Assembly: GCA_963792965.1 (NCBI GenBank)
Contig: CAWBYW010000002.1
Span: forward strand, 1-19,398
Direction of reading: 5' to 3'
Source of the DNA: an uncultured delta proteobacterium
GTDB taxonomy: Bacteria; Desulfobacterota; Zymogenia; Zymogenales; Zymogenaceae
Length of the DNA: 19,398 bases
The notes under the pieces are model-generated. The model had not been told where the DNA came from and searched no databases. It saw only the letters and a program-made list of their open reading frames with translations. Shown piece by piece: positions 1-9,917 of this stretch. How positions within the stretch are numbered: position 1 is the stretch's first letter; every line of letters begins with the position of its first letter. Made by a program: the position numbers and the translations under genes.

Positions 1-32
1 TATGTCCTCTACTTCGACGGTTCGGTCTTGCT
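1..32 (+). other. Probable Oxford Nanopore ligation-adapter remnant (technical sequence)
   Basis: TATGTCCTCTACTTCG...GTCTTGCT resembles a mis-called adapter (CCTGTACTTCGTTCAGTTACGTATTGCT). SecD-like sequence (...TLMTGE) stops at base 33 and an unexpected stop codon follows at 9-11. Confidence 0.65.
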
Positions 33-828
33 CTCGCCCGTCATGAGGGTCTTATTCTCGATCAGGTACGGCTTTTCCTCGATGACCTGTCCCGTATCGG
101 GGTCCCGAACCTTCTCGTACAGGATCTCGTCTCCCTCGGGGATCTCGCCGGCCAGGGCCTTGTTGATGTCTCCTTTGGTATCCACGAGCTTGAACTCGAG
201 AAGCGCCACCTTCTTGATGAGTGATTTTGCCGCCTCGGGGTCCGTGAGGCCGGGAAGCTGCACGAGGATGTCATAGTCGCCCTGACGGGTTATCTCCGGC
301 TCGGCAAGTCCCAGCTCGTCCACGCGGTTTCTGATGGTCTCCAGCGTCTGCTCGAGGGTCCTATCCTTGAAGGCAATGAGCGCCTTGTCCGTATAGGTGA
401 AGGTGATGTCGGTCTTCCCCTCGCTGGTGACCGAGTCGGTCACTTCGAAGTAATTGTACTGCTTGGCGACGTAGGTCTTTACGGCGTCTTCCTTGGTCGG
501 ATCGGTGATGACGACGTGTATCGCCTTGTCTCCCTTTCGCTCCACGACGGTATAGGGGATCTTCTTATCGTCGAGATACCCCTTGATGTCGGAGCATGAC
601 CCTTTCCAGCGAGTTCGTGAGGGCCTCGTCGAGGTTCAACCCCAACAGCAGGTACATGCCGCCCCTGAGGTCGAGCCCGAGGTTCAGCGCCTTGGTGGGG
701 AGGGGTGCTTTCCAGTAGTCGGGCAGTTTGAAACCATAGTAGCTGGAAAGGGTCGGCATCAGATAGAAGAGGCTGCCCAGCAGCACCACGAGTATAATGG
801 CAAATCTGATACGTAAGTCCTTGATCAT
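33..828 (-). CDS. secD: Protein translocase subunit SecD, N-terminal part (3' truncated; one apparent indel near 595)
   Basis: ORF 565-828 has the N-terminal TM helix and the LNLGLDLRGG motif. ORF 9-545 has IRNRVDELGLAEPEITRQG..ILVQLPG. The gene lies directly downstream of yajC. Confidence 0.95.
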
Positions 829-1000
829 AGTAATTCTCCCAAGAAAATTCAGGGTTTGGGAAAAGCACCGCCGCGTGCCGTCACCGCCCTATCCGGGACG
901 CCGTCGTCCACACGCTCGGCATACCGAGAATGCGCACCAGAGCCCATGACGGGCGTCCCCATAGACGCGGGGGCTCCCGGACGGCTCGGGACCGTCCGGT

Positions 1001-1342
1001 CTATCCCTGTTTTCCCGTATCGCCCATGTTGTTGACGGCGGCGATGGAAGATTTGGTGACCTTTACCTTGACGTTGGGCGCGATTTCGACGGTGGCAATA
1101 TTCTCCGCCACCCCGACCACCGTCCCGTGAATCCCGCCGGCGGTGATTACGTTGTCGCCCCTCTTGAGCTCGTTGATCATCCGCTGATGCTCCTTCTGCC
1201 GCTTCTGCTGCGGACGGATGAGGAGGAAATAAAAGATCACGAAGATCAGGATGATCGGCAGAAACGCGGTAAGGCTGTCCATGAGTCCCCCCGAGCCGCC
1301 GGAGGGTTGTCCCATTGCGTAAAAGATCTCAATCGGCATCAT
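1001..1342 (-). CDS. yajC: Preprotein translocase subunit YajC
   Basis: Motifs [16 protein letters not shown] and [17 protein letters not shown]. An AAGGAGA RBS precedes the ATG at 1342. Located between tgt and secD. Confidence 0.95.
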   Translation of the reverse strand: MMPIEIFYAMGQPSGGSGGLMDSLTAFLPIILIFVIFYFLLIRPQQKRQKEHQRMINELKRGDNVITAGGIHGTVVGVAENIATVEIAPNVKVKVTKSSIAAVNNMGDTGKQG

Positions 1343-2460
1343 CTGTGTTATCTCCTTTTCGTCTTTCCAAGAAATCGTTTTGAAACTTCGCATAGTCATC
1401 TTTCACGATCGCCTCCCGTATCCTGCCCATCAGGGAGAGGTAGTAGGAGAGGTTATGGATCGTGTTCGAGCATCGACGAGAGGATCTCGTGCGCCATGAA
1501 GAGGTGCCGGAGATACCCCCGTGAGAAGTTGGTGCAGGCATAACAGCCGCACGTCTCATCGACCGGGCCTGTCGTCCCTCAGCGTACCGCTCGTTCTTGA
1601 TGACGAGCCTTCCCGTCGAGGTAAAGAGCGTCCCGTTTCTCGCGTTGCGCGTCGGCATGACGCAGTCAAACATATCGGCGCCGAGCCCCGAGAGGATGAC
1701 GAGGTCTTCCGGCGTGCCGACCCCCATCATGTAGCGGGGCTTATCCTCGGGGAGAAGCCCCAGGGTCATGGCCGCCATCTCGTACATGAGGCCCTTGGCC
1801 TCCCCCACCGAAAGCCCGCCGACGGCATAGCCGGGAAAACCGATGTCGACGGTGGCCAGCGCCGACTGGCTTCTCAGATCGCCGTACATTCCCCCCTGCA
1901 CGATGCCGAAGAGCGCCTGCTCGTCGTGGGTCCGGGCCTCTTTGCATCGCCGGGCCCACCCGAGCGTCAGCTCCATCGAGCGGCGTGTCTCCTCGCGTGA
2001 AGAGGGGTAGGACGTGCACTCGTCCAGACACATCGCGATGTCGGCGCCGAGGGCCTCCTGAATGGCCACGGCGTCCTCCGGGCGGATGAAGTGGAGCGAC
2101 CCGTCCAGGTGAGACGTGAACTTGACCCCCTCCTCCGTGAGCTTTCTGAGCTCGCCCAGGCTGTAGATCTGAAAGCCGCCGCTGTCGGTCAGGATGGGGC
2201 CGCGCCATCCCATGAAGGAGTGGAGCCCCCCCAGCTCGCGGACCATGCTGTGGCCGGGCCTCAGGTAGAGGTGATACGTGTTTGAAAGAACAATCTCGGC
2301 GCCGATCTCGTCCAGACGATCCGGGCTTATCGCCTTGACGGTCCCCTGGGTGCCGACCGGCATGAACGCCGGTGTCTAAAAAAGCCCCGTGGGGGGTCGT
2401 AAACTCACCCCTGCGGGCGGCCGTCCGGCTGCTTTTGTGCGTTATCTTGTACGAGAACAT
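1329..2460 (-). CDS. tgt: tRNA-guanine transglycosylase (queuine tRNA-ribosyltransferase); about 4 apparent indels
   Basis: N-terminus [17 protein letters not shown] is in the frame of ORF 1741-2490. [24 protein letters not shown] and [13 protein letters not shown] are in ORF 1329-2363. The Zn site CGCYAC..YLRHLF is in a shifted frame at about 1470-1560. Confidence 0.95.
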
Positions 2461-2536
2461 CGGCCCGCATGCCGCATCGCCGTCCGCCACGCGCGCTCTG
2501 TTGCAGGGTGCGACGCGATACCCGCGCGAAGAATGA

Positions 2537-2854
2537 TCATTGGAAAAATTTCCACGGGCCGCCCGCCTTATCTATCTCTTCCTCCGACACGAAGGTGATC
2601 CTGCCGGGCCAAGGGGGATACCCTTCGTCATCGAGCGCCTTGAGCACGCTGCTTCTGATTTGCTCGGTCTCGCCGCTTTTCTGTGCGGCTCTCAGTGATC
2701 TTGTGTCTTCGTAGGCGAGGTATATCACGAACCGAGCCGGATTTTCCTCTTCGAAAAAAATATAGTTGACGATGTGCGACGCCACCTCTCGTCCGGAATC
2801 GATGGCCGACCGTATCGCCCGCGAGACAAGCTCATATTTGTCATCTTGGGACAT
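2537..2854 (-). CDS. Hypothetical protein (105 aa) between queA and tgt
   Basis: Uninterrupted ORF, co-oriented with its neighbours, filling the gap. Globular-like composition. Family not recognised. Confidence 0.75.
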   Translation of the reverse strand: MSQDDKYELVSRAIRSAIDSGREVASHIVNYIFFEEENPARFVIYLAYEDTRSLRAAQKSGETEQIRSSVLKALDDEGYPPWPGRITFVSEEEIDKAGGPWKFFQ

Positions 2855-2884
2855 CGTGTCGTTTCTTGTGCCCCGTACGGGCGA

Positions 2885-3923
2885 TCAAAGTATCAACATG
2901 GCGTCGCCATAGCTGTAGAACCGATAGCGTTCTATAACGGCTTGCCGGTATGCCGAGAGGATGAAGTCGCGTCCCGCAAAGGCCGAGACAAGGAGCAACA
3001 ACGTCGATCTCGGCAGGTGAAAATTCGTGATGAGACCATCCACCACGCGAAACGTAAAACCCGGCACGATGAAAAGCGACGTTGTCCCTGTCCCCGGCGT
3101 CACGCGGCCGGTATCGTCGGCCGCGCTCTCGAGGGCTCTCGTCGTGGTCGTCCCCACGGCAATGACCCGGTCTCCCTTCGCGCGTGCCCCGTTGACTGCC
3201 GCGGCCGCCTGTTTGCCGATGCGGTAGCGCTCGCCATGCATAACGTGCCCCGCGATATTCTCACTCTTTATCGGCAGAAACGTCCCCGGGCCCACGTGGA
3301 GGGTGAATCTTCACGAAACGCCCCCCCCGGCCCTCAACGGTCCGGATCATCTCGTCGGTGAAATGGAGGCCCGCCGTCGGCGCGGCGACCGACCCGGGGG
3401 GATCGGCATAGACCGTCTGATACCGGAGCCGGTCCTCCCGAGGATCCGTGTCCGCCTTCCGCTTGATATAAGGCGGGAGCGGGGGCTTTCCCCATTTCTC
3501 CAGATAGTCAAAGAGCCCTTCCGGGAAGCTGGCCTCAAGGGACCAGGTCTTTTTCCGGCGTCCCGTCAGCTCGGCCAGAACGCCCCCCGGGAGGATGAGC
3601 CGGGTGCCGGGTGCGATCCGCCGCCCCGGGAGGAGGCACGTGCCCCCGTTTTCGGTTTCCTCAAGGAAGAGGATCGAGATCCTCCCTCCCGTCTCTTTCT
3701 GCGCGTCAACGCGGGCCGGGATTACCCGGCTGTCGTTGACGATCATGGCATCTCCCGGACGAATGAACCGACCGAGGTCGGCAAACCGGGAGTGCTCGAT
3801 CGTTCGGCCCGTCCTTGAGAGGACCATTAGACGGCTGTCCTCGCGTCGGGTGGGCGGGTGCTGAGCGATCAGTCCCTCGGGGAGGTCATAGTCGAAGTCG
3901 GAGAGGTTCACGGCATAAGGCAT
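2885..3923 (-). CDS. queA: S-adenosylmethionine:tRNA ribosyltransferase-isomerase QueA (indel near 3305; start may be GTG at 3911)
   Basis: [44 protein letters not shown], then after the shift [22 protein letters not shown] and [10 protein letters not shown]. Confidence 0.96.
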
Positions 3924-4044
3924 CGGCGCGCCGCATACGGCGCGTCGTTTTCATAATTTAGGTCACGAGGTGACCCTGTCCCCGGTCTCGACATCCTTCT
4001 TTTCCTTCCCCGGCCCCCGAGCGAAAATGGATGTAAATTTAATA

Positions 4045-4073
4045 ATTTAACCAAATTTCCACTCTTATGTCAA
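4045..4073 (-). promoter_or_regulatory. Putative sigma70 promoter for the queA-tgt-yajC-secD operon
   Basis: TTGACA (4073-4068), 17-bp spacer, TTAAAT preceded by TG, in an AT-rich patch. Confidence 0.6.
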
Positions 4074-4078
4074 GATAA

Positions 4079-4279
4079 TTAGTGGAGGACCCGGGTGCCG
4101 AGGTAGACCAGGAACAGACCGACCGCGAGCGCGCCGATGCCGATGGCGCGAAGGGTGGTGTCGGGGACCGTGCCGATTTTCTCCATGAAGCGCTTGACGG
4201 CCTCGGGAGACGCGACGTACGGGATGCCCTCGATGATGAAGACAAAACCAAGGGCGACGATGATGACGGAAAAACTCAT
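4079..4279 (-). CDS. DUF2065 (YjeT-like) small membrane protein
   Basis: 66 aa, two hydrophobic segments, ALGFVFIIEG.PY..SP and LRAIG patterns. Sits upstream of queA. Confidence 0.85.
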   Translation of the reverse strand: MSFSVIIVALGFVFIIEGIPYVASPEAVKRFMEKIGTVPDTTLRAIGIGALAVGLFLVYLGTRVLH

Positions 4280-4320
4280 AACGTGGGCTAATTCCTTTCT
4301 TAGGGTGGTTCCTTTGTCGT

Positions 4321-4350
4321 ATGGTAGGAGGAATATACGCCGGTTGTCAA
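4321..4350 (-). promoter_or_regulatory. Putative sigma70 promoter upstream of the DUF2065 gene
   Basis: TTGACA, 18-bp spacer, TACCAT. Confidence 0.4.
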
Positions 4351-4482
4351 GGGTTTTCTTGAGGGATTCTTACCGCTCATCTTATTTCGACCGCTCAGGA
4401 AGCATAGGAAAGCAGGTCGGGCGGGTGGTCGCGCCCGATCCGTGATGCCAGGTATATCTCGATCCTTTCCTTGCCCCTCAGA

Positions 4483-4556
4483 TGTTGGTCGGCTTGTGCC
4501 GGGTTCGGACGAGCCGCCTCGGAGCCGACTTCACACCCCCGGCACGTCGACCTACA
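4483..4556. repeat. Imperfect inverted repeat with GTAG/GTTG ends (REP-like), just downstream of the ThDP-enzyme stop
   Basis: TGTTGGTCGGCTTGTGCCGGG pairs with CCCGGCACGTCGACCTACA. Confidence 0.45.
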
Positions 4557-4565
4557 AGTTCGGGG

Positions 4566-6285
4566 TTACTTCATCTTAGAGGTCTTTCCTTTCTTCAGCA
4601 TGGCCATCGCGAGAGACGCGGGTCCCACAATCTGGGGATCTGTCAGGACGTTGATACAGGTGGTCTTCTCTGAGCTGAACGCTTCTACCAGGGCGGGCCT
4701 GATTTCGTCCAATTTAGTGACCAGGATCCCCTTCCCCCCGAGGGCCTGTACCGCCTCATGATACGGAACGTACCCTATCTCAACCGTTCCGCGTACAAGC
4801 TTCTTGAAATCCATCTTCATGGCGTTGGACGTCATGCCCCAATTCGCGTTATTGTCGATCACCACGACGATAGGAAGTCCTCTCCTGATCGATGTCTCAA
4901 TCTCCATGAAATTAAAGCCGACCGACCCATCCCCCGTATAGACGAGCACCCGCCGGGCGGGGTTAACGAGCTTGGCCGCGTTTCCGTAGGGGAATCCCAC
5001 CCCGAGACACCCGAAGAGTCCCGCATCCATCATATTCAGCTCGGCCCGGCATGTCCTGGTCGTTAACATCCAGGACACCGTGTCGCCGCCGTCCAAGACG
5101 ATGATGTCATTTATCCTGTCCATGAACTCGTTGACCTCTCGCGCGAGCCTGCCGGGATGAATCGTCGCCGACTCCTTATCTATTTGCTGTCGCGACGATA
5201 GTTTTGCCGCTTTCTCATTTTCTCTCAGGGCGTCCACCCAACCCGTAAACTGCGAGCCGGGGCTTGGTGCCCGGGCCTCTTTCTCGATGATCCGGTTGCA
5301 CTGCTTGCAGAAGGGCTTTGACGTCGGCAAAGACCGCATGATCGATGGCCCGGTTGCGGCCCATTTCTTCAGGCTCAATGTCTACCTGTATCAGCTTCGC
5401 GTCTGTGCGGAAATAATCGCCAAAGACGGAATAGAGGCCGATACGAGTTCCCAAAAGAATCACGAGGTCGGCGCAGTTATCGCCATGCCCGCGCACCCCG
5501 GGGTGACGATGAGAGACGATCCGAAACAGAGGGGGTGGGTATCGGGGATTATCCCCCTGGCCATGTTCCCGGTGAAGACCGGGATCCCGGTCTTTACGAC
5601 GAACTCCGCCAGATCTGTTCCAGCGTCCGAGTAGTAGGCCCCGCTGCCCGCCATGATAATGGGTTTTTCGGAGGCCTTGATCATCTCGATCATTTTTCGT
5701 GCGTCGTCCGGATCAACGGGTCTGGACACGGCGCGCGTGCTGATCTTCTTTACCTTGCTCAGGTCTACGTCTGCCTCGAGGACGTCGAGCGGAAGCTCGA
5801 GGAACACCGGGACCGGATCGACCCTCGATTGCATATCGAAACGCCATGTCGATATACTCGGGGATCCTTTCCGCCTTACGACATACGAGGCTCTTTTTAA
5901 CGATGGACTCGATAATGGGCTCCTGCTTCATATCCTGAAGGCCCAGCTTCTCCGCGGCCCCGGCCTCATGGCCCCCCGCGATCAGGACGAGGGGAGTGTT
6001 TGACAGCCGCGCATTGACGATGGCCGAGATCGTGTTGGTGAATCCGGGGCCGACCGTGACCAGAACCACGCCCGGCTTTCGCGTCATCCTGCCGTAGGCC
6101 TCGGCCATGAAGGCCGCCGCCTGCTCGTGTCGTGTCGAGATGATCTCGATCGGCCCGCCTTCCACCGCGAACTGTATCGGTATGATGCTCTCGCCGGGGA
6201 GCGAAAAGATATACTCAACCCCGGCATCCAGCAGTGCCTCGCCGATGAGCCTCCACCCTTCCTGTACGTCAGCCTGTTTATTCAT
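4566..6285 (-). CDS. Thiamine-diphosphate-dependent enzyme (acetolactate synthase-like / 2-hydroxyacyl-CoA lyase-like); about 3 apparent indels
   Basis: Pieces 5713-6285, 5460-5834, 5215-5496 and 4566-5378 join into one protein. Motifs: TRHEQAAAFMAEAYGR, GPGFTN, GPVFLELPLD, DGGD, FGCLGVG and the ThDP motif GDGSVGF-x-NNANWG. Confidence 0.9.
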
Positions 6286-6326
6286 TCTTATCCCCCCATT
6301 CTGTTATCAGACATTTCCGGACTCTT

Positions 6327-6337
6327 ATTATACCACA
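6327..6337 (-). promoter_or_regulatory. Extended -10 promoter element for the ThDP enzyme
   Basis: TGTGGTATAAT about 40 bp upstream of the ATG. No good -35 seen. Confidence 0.5.
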
Positions 6338-6526
6338 GTAAATTCAGGCTATTCTGCCACTCGCCGGGACCGGGCCCTGCGCCTTGGTGAGTCTCGTTGT
6401 TATGAAGAATGAGTCTGAGGGAAATGAGGAGTTCAGTAAGTATCCTGGGTTGACGCGGCCTCCTTTTTGAGGTCGGTGCGTATCAGGTTGGGGGAGAGGA
6501 GTGGAATACCGAGATATCGAGTCTTT

Positions 6527-7177
6527 TCACTCCTTTGATTGCAGATATATCTCGATCCGCTCTTTGCCGCCGCCGATGTTGTTCCTCTTGAGCATGATCG
6601 GGCCGATCTCGCCGGTTTTCTTCAGGTGCGTTCCGCCGCAGGGGACTCTTGCGAACCCCACGATCTCCCAGTACCGCTGTTCCTTTGCTTCGTCGGCAAA
6701 CGCGCTGATGATGTCGAGGTCGGCGTCGATGAACCCTTTTGCCTTCGCGGTGAGCAAGGGGAAGGTCTCCGAAATATTTCCCTTCCAGTAAAAGTCGACT
6801 CGCGCCTTGTCGACGGTGATGTTCGCCCCGATTTTTTCCGGCCGGTTGTAGTGCCGATAGACCAATTCGAGGATAAGCTCCGCCGCGAAATGGAGCCTCA
6901 TGAGTCGATACCGCTTGTTCCAGTCGATGGCCACCGTTACGGTATCGCCGGTTTTCAGGGTATGGTCCTTGGGTATCGTGTAGAGAATCTCCGTTCCTTC
7001 CTTTTTTGCCTCAAGGATTTCATATCCCCCTATCGTCCCGGAGTCGGACTGCTGCCCCCCGGAGAAGGCGAAGGCGATCGTCCTGTCAAGGGTCACGACA
7101 TCACCGTGGACGCCCGTCACCGTCGCCTCGATCTCGGTCAGGTACGGGTCTTCCCAAAAGACTTTCTTTACAGCCAT
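6527..7177 (-). CDS. Free-standing alanyl-tRNA editing protein, AlaX-M-like
   Basis: FWEDPYL, LDRTIAFAFSGGQQSDSG, IDWNKRYRLMRLH, PCGGTHLKKTGEIG and GKERIEI; 216 aa. Confidence 0.9.
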   Translation of the reverse strand: MAVKKVFWEDPYLTEIEATVTGVHGDVVTLDRTIAFAFSGGQQSDSGTIGGYEILEAKKEGTEILYTIPKDHTLKTGDTVTVAIDWNKRYRLMRLHFAAELILELVYRHYNRPEKIGANITVDKARVDFYWKGNISETFPLLTAKAKGFIDADLDIISAFADEAKEQRYWEIVGFARVPCGGTHLKKTGEIGPIMLKRNNIGGGKERIEIYLQSKE

Positions 7178-7220
7178 CCAAGAACCTCTATCTTATGACG
7201 TATCGCAGTGGCAACGCCGA

Positions 7221-7366
7221 CCAACGGCGATCAGTTGTATCGAGACTCTTTTATCGCGGAGATCTTTTCTCGTCTACCAATCCTTTCTTTCCGGCTCCGT
7301 TACTATACTCGCACAGCAACGCAGACGGCAACAATAAAAGAGTCCCACGATACGATGAGGCCTTGG
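7221..7366 (-). other. Long imperfect inverted repeat / candidate structured RNA upstream of the alaX-like gene
   Basis: Perfect 11-bp arms GACTCTTTTAT (7244-7254) and ATAAAAGAGTC (7334-7344), with further flanking and internal helices. Confidence 0.4.
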
Positions 7367-7596
7367 GCAGCCTCCTCCGCGCGGAAAGTAGCCATCGATC
7401 GTACTTTATGCTTTACATCAGTTCAAAATGGTCTTAGAGTATCTACACTGCTCAGAAGAGGATCACAAAATCGGCCCCCTTTTGCGTTTCGTGAGATACC
7501 GGATAGAAGAGTAGACAGATAATAATCGGACTTACCCGGACGTAGTTTCCGGTAAGCCTAAGATTCCAATTAGAAGATCATTTTTCGGAGTTTCAG

Positions 7597-8339
7597 ATGA
7601 GAAGGCTGCTCCACGTACTCTATCAGCCGTATAAATGGCTTTTCTTTTTCCCATTCCTGGCGATCTCGACGCTCTTCTGGGGATTTCTCGCGGTCTTTCT
7701 CGTGTCGATCTCAGTTTCGCCCAAATTCGTCAGCTGGCTGTGCGGCGTCTGGTGGTCGAGGATCAACAGCTTTTTGACACCCATGCCGGTTTCGGTATCG
7801 GGGAGGGAAAACATCGACCCGAGACGCTCGTACGTGATCGTATCCAACCACCAGAGCCACTACGACGTATTCGTCCTCTACGGCTGGCTCGGGGTCGACT
7901 TCAAGTGGGTGATGAAGAAGGAGCTCAGAAAGGTTCCCGCGCTCGGGATCGCCTGCGAGAAAGCCGGCCATATCTACATCGATCGATCGGACAAGCAGGG
8001 CGCGCTTAATTCCCTCAACGCGGCAAAGAAGATAATCAAGAACGGCACCTCCGTGATATTTTTCCCCGAGGGGACAAGGAGCCGGACGGGCCAGATGGGA
8101 GATTTCAAGAAGGGCGCCTTTTATATGGCGTTGGACCTCGGAATCCCGGTGCTTCCCATAACGATCATTGGAACGGGCAAAATCCTCCCCCCCACACGAT
8201 GGATCTCTTCCCCGGGCGGGTCCGGATGATCATCCACGAGCCCGTCCCCGTCGAGGGATATACCATGAAAAACATTGAGGAGCTGTCGTCCCGTGTGCGG
8301 GCCGTCATCCAACGGGATCTCGACGCACAGGCTGCGTGA
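7597..8339 (+). CDS. plsC: 1-acyl-sn-glycerol-3-phosphate acyltransferase (PlsC family); indel in the C-run near 8190
   Basis: SNHQSHYD (HX4D), IYIDRS and FFPEGTRS motifs. The C-terminus MDLFPGRVRMIIHEPV... continues in another frame to TGA at 8339. Confidence 0.9.
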
Positions 8340-8453
8340 CGGTTTAGTTCCAAGCGCGTGTCGTCGGCAAAGGAGGGTAGGGGGATAAAAGGGGTTCTCG
8401 AATACGCATCTGAGGTGATACCCCTTTTGAGGCTTCCCGACTATGAGTCGAAT

Positions 8454-8490
8454 AAAAAAGGCGGCGGGCCAAAACCCGCCGCCTTTTCTT
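8454..8490. terminator. Bidirectional rho-independent terminator between convergent plsC and thiolase
   Basis: AAAAAAGGCGGCGGG-CCAAAA-CCCGCCGCCTTTTCTT: GC-rich stem with a T tract on each strand. Confidence 0.9.
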
Positions 8491-8506
8491 GTCACTCGGT
8501 ATCTCT

Positions 8507-9697
8507 CTACGATACTCTTTCCACAATCAGCGCCGTTCCCTGGCCGCCGCCGATACACAGCGTCGCCAGCCCGTATTTTGAATTCCGCTTCTTCATCTCA
8601 AACAGCAGCGTCGTGAAAATCCGCGCGCCGGAGCCGCCGATCGGGTGGCCGATGGCGATGGCCCCGCCGTTTACGTTGACCCTATCCATGACGCTTTCAA
8701 GCCCGAGCTCCTTGATCACCGCCAGCGACTGGGCGGCGAAGGCCTCGTTGGCCTCGACCAGGTCCATGTCCGTGATCTTGAGCCCCGCTTTGGCCAGCGC
8801 CTTTCTCGTCGCCGGGATGGGGCCCGTCCCCATGATCGCCGGGTCCACGCCCGCCGACGCGTAGGAGACGACCCTGGCCATCGGTTTGAGTCCCATCGCC
8901 TTTGCCTTCTCGGCGCTCATGACGACCATCGCCGCCGCGCCGTCGTTAATCCCCGACGCGTTGCCGGCCGTTACCGTCCCGTCTTTCCTGAAGGCGGGCT
9001 TGAGCCCCGCCAACCCTTCGGCCGTGGAGCCGAGGCGCGGGAATTCGTCGGTGTCGAAGGCCTTGGGCTCGCCCCTCTTCTGGGGGATCATGACCGGGAT
9101 GATCTCGTCTTTGAACCGACCCTCCTTGATGGCCTTTTCGGCCCGCTTCTGGCTCTCCAGCCCGAACGCGTCCTGGTGCTGGCGGGTGAGCTTATACTTG
9201 TCGGCGACGTTCTCGGCCGTCACGCCCATATGATAGTCGTTGAAGATGTCCCACAGGCCGTCCTTGATCATGATATCGATGACCTTGGCGTCGCCCATTC
9301 GGTAGCCCCAGCGGGCGTCCATCAGCCCGAAGGGGGCGTCGCTCATGCACTCGGTGCCGCCGGCGATCACCACGTCAGAGTCGCCCGCCTTGATGATCTG
9401 GGCGGCCAGTGACACGGCCCTGAGCCCCGAGCCGCAGACCTTGTTTATCGTGAGGGCCGGCACCTCCTGAGGAATGCCGCTTTTCATGGCGACCTGACGC
9501 GCCACGTTCTGCCCGAGTCCCGCCTGAAGCACACAGCCGAGCACCACTTCCTCCACGTCCGACGGCTTGATGCCCGCGCGCTCCATCGCCGCCGTAACGA
9601 CGATCTGGCCGAGCTTAACCGCGCCAATCCCCTTCAGCGACCCCCCGAAGCTCCCGACCGGGGTACGCGCCGCCGATACAATTACCACATCTCTCAT
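8507..9697 (-). CDS. Acetyl-CoA C-acetyltransferase (canonical thiolase)
   Basis: All catalytic motifs are intact: NKVCGSG, NEAFA, GHPIG and CIGGG. Confidence 0.96.
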   Translation of the reverse strand: MRDVVIVSAARTPVGSFGGSLKGIGAVKLGQIVVTAAMERAGIKPSDVEEVVLGCVLQAGLGQNVARQVAMKSGIPQEVPALTINKVCGSGLRAVSLAAQIIKAGDSDVVIAGGTECMSDAPFGLMDARWGYRMGDAKVIDIMIKDGLWDIFNDYHMGVTAENVADKYKLTRQHQDAFGLESQKRAEKAIKEGRFKDEIIPVMIPQKRGEPKAFDTDEFPRLGSTAEGLAGLKPAFRKDGTVTAGNASGINDGAAAMVVMSAEKAKAMGLKPMARVVSYASAGVDPAIMGTGPIPATRKALAKAGLKITDMDLVEANEAFAAQSLAVIKELGLESVMDRVNVNGGAIAIGHPIGGSGARIFTTLLFEMKKRNSKYGLATLCIGGGQGTALIVERVS

Positions 9698-9755
9698 CAG
9701 TATCCTCCCTTATGAGTTATTAGCCTTCATGATTTCATTGAGTATAGTATGCCGG

Positions 9756-9784
9756 AGTATATCTTAATTGATCGATGAACTCAA
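9756..9784 (-). promoter_or_regulatory. Putative internal sigma70 promoter for the thiolase
   Basis: TTGAGT, 17-bp spacer, TATACT in the 220-bp gap. A GGGAGG RBS precedes the ATG. Confidence 0.55.
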
Positions 9785-9917
9785 GGATGTTTTGGCATCA
9801 CCACCCATGAGGACGCGCTGAAACTCTCTCTAAAGGCCGGGATTGGTCGTTATGAGGGAAAAGGTGGAGTGTTGCGCGGCCGGCGAAAATAACGATCGAC
9901 GACATGTTCCGGGCGCG

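Noticed and set aside
4385-4440. SRP-RNA-like string TCAGGAAGCATAGGAAAGCAG
   Set aside because: It lacks the proper CAGGNCCGGAAGGNAGCAG helix-8 pairing and a long closing stem.
7178-7400. T-box riboswitch upstream of the alaX-like gene
   Set aside because: No UGGNACC T-box bulge or terminator/antiterminator arrangement.
7531-7556. Inverted repeat CTTACCCGGA/TCCGGTAAG upstream of plsC
   Set aside because: Short, imperfect, single copy, and no function can be assigned.
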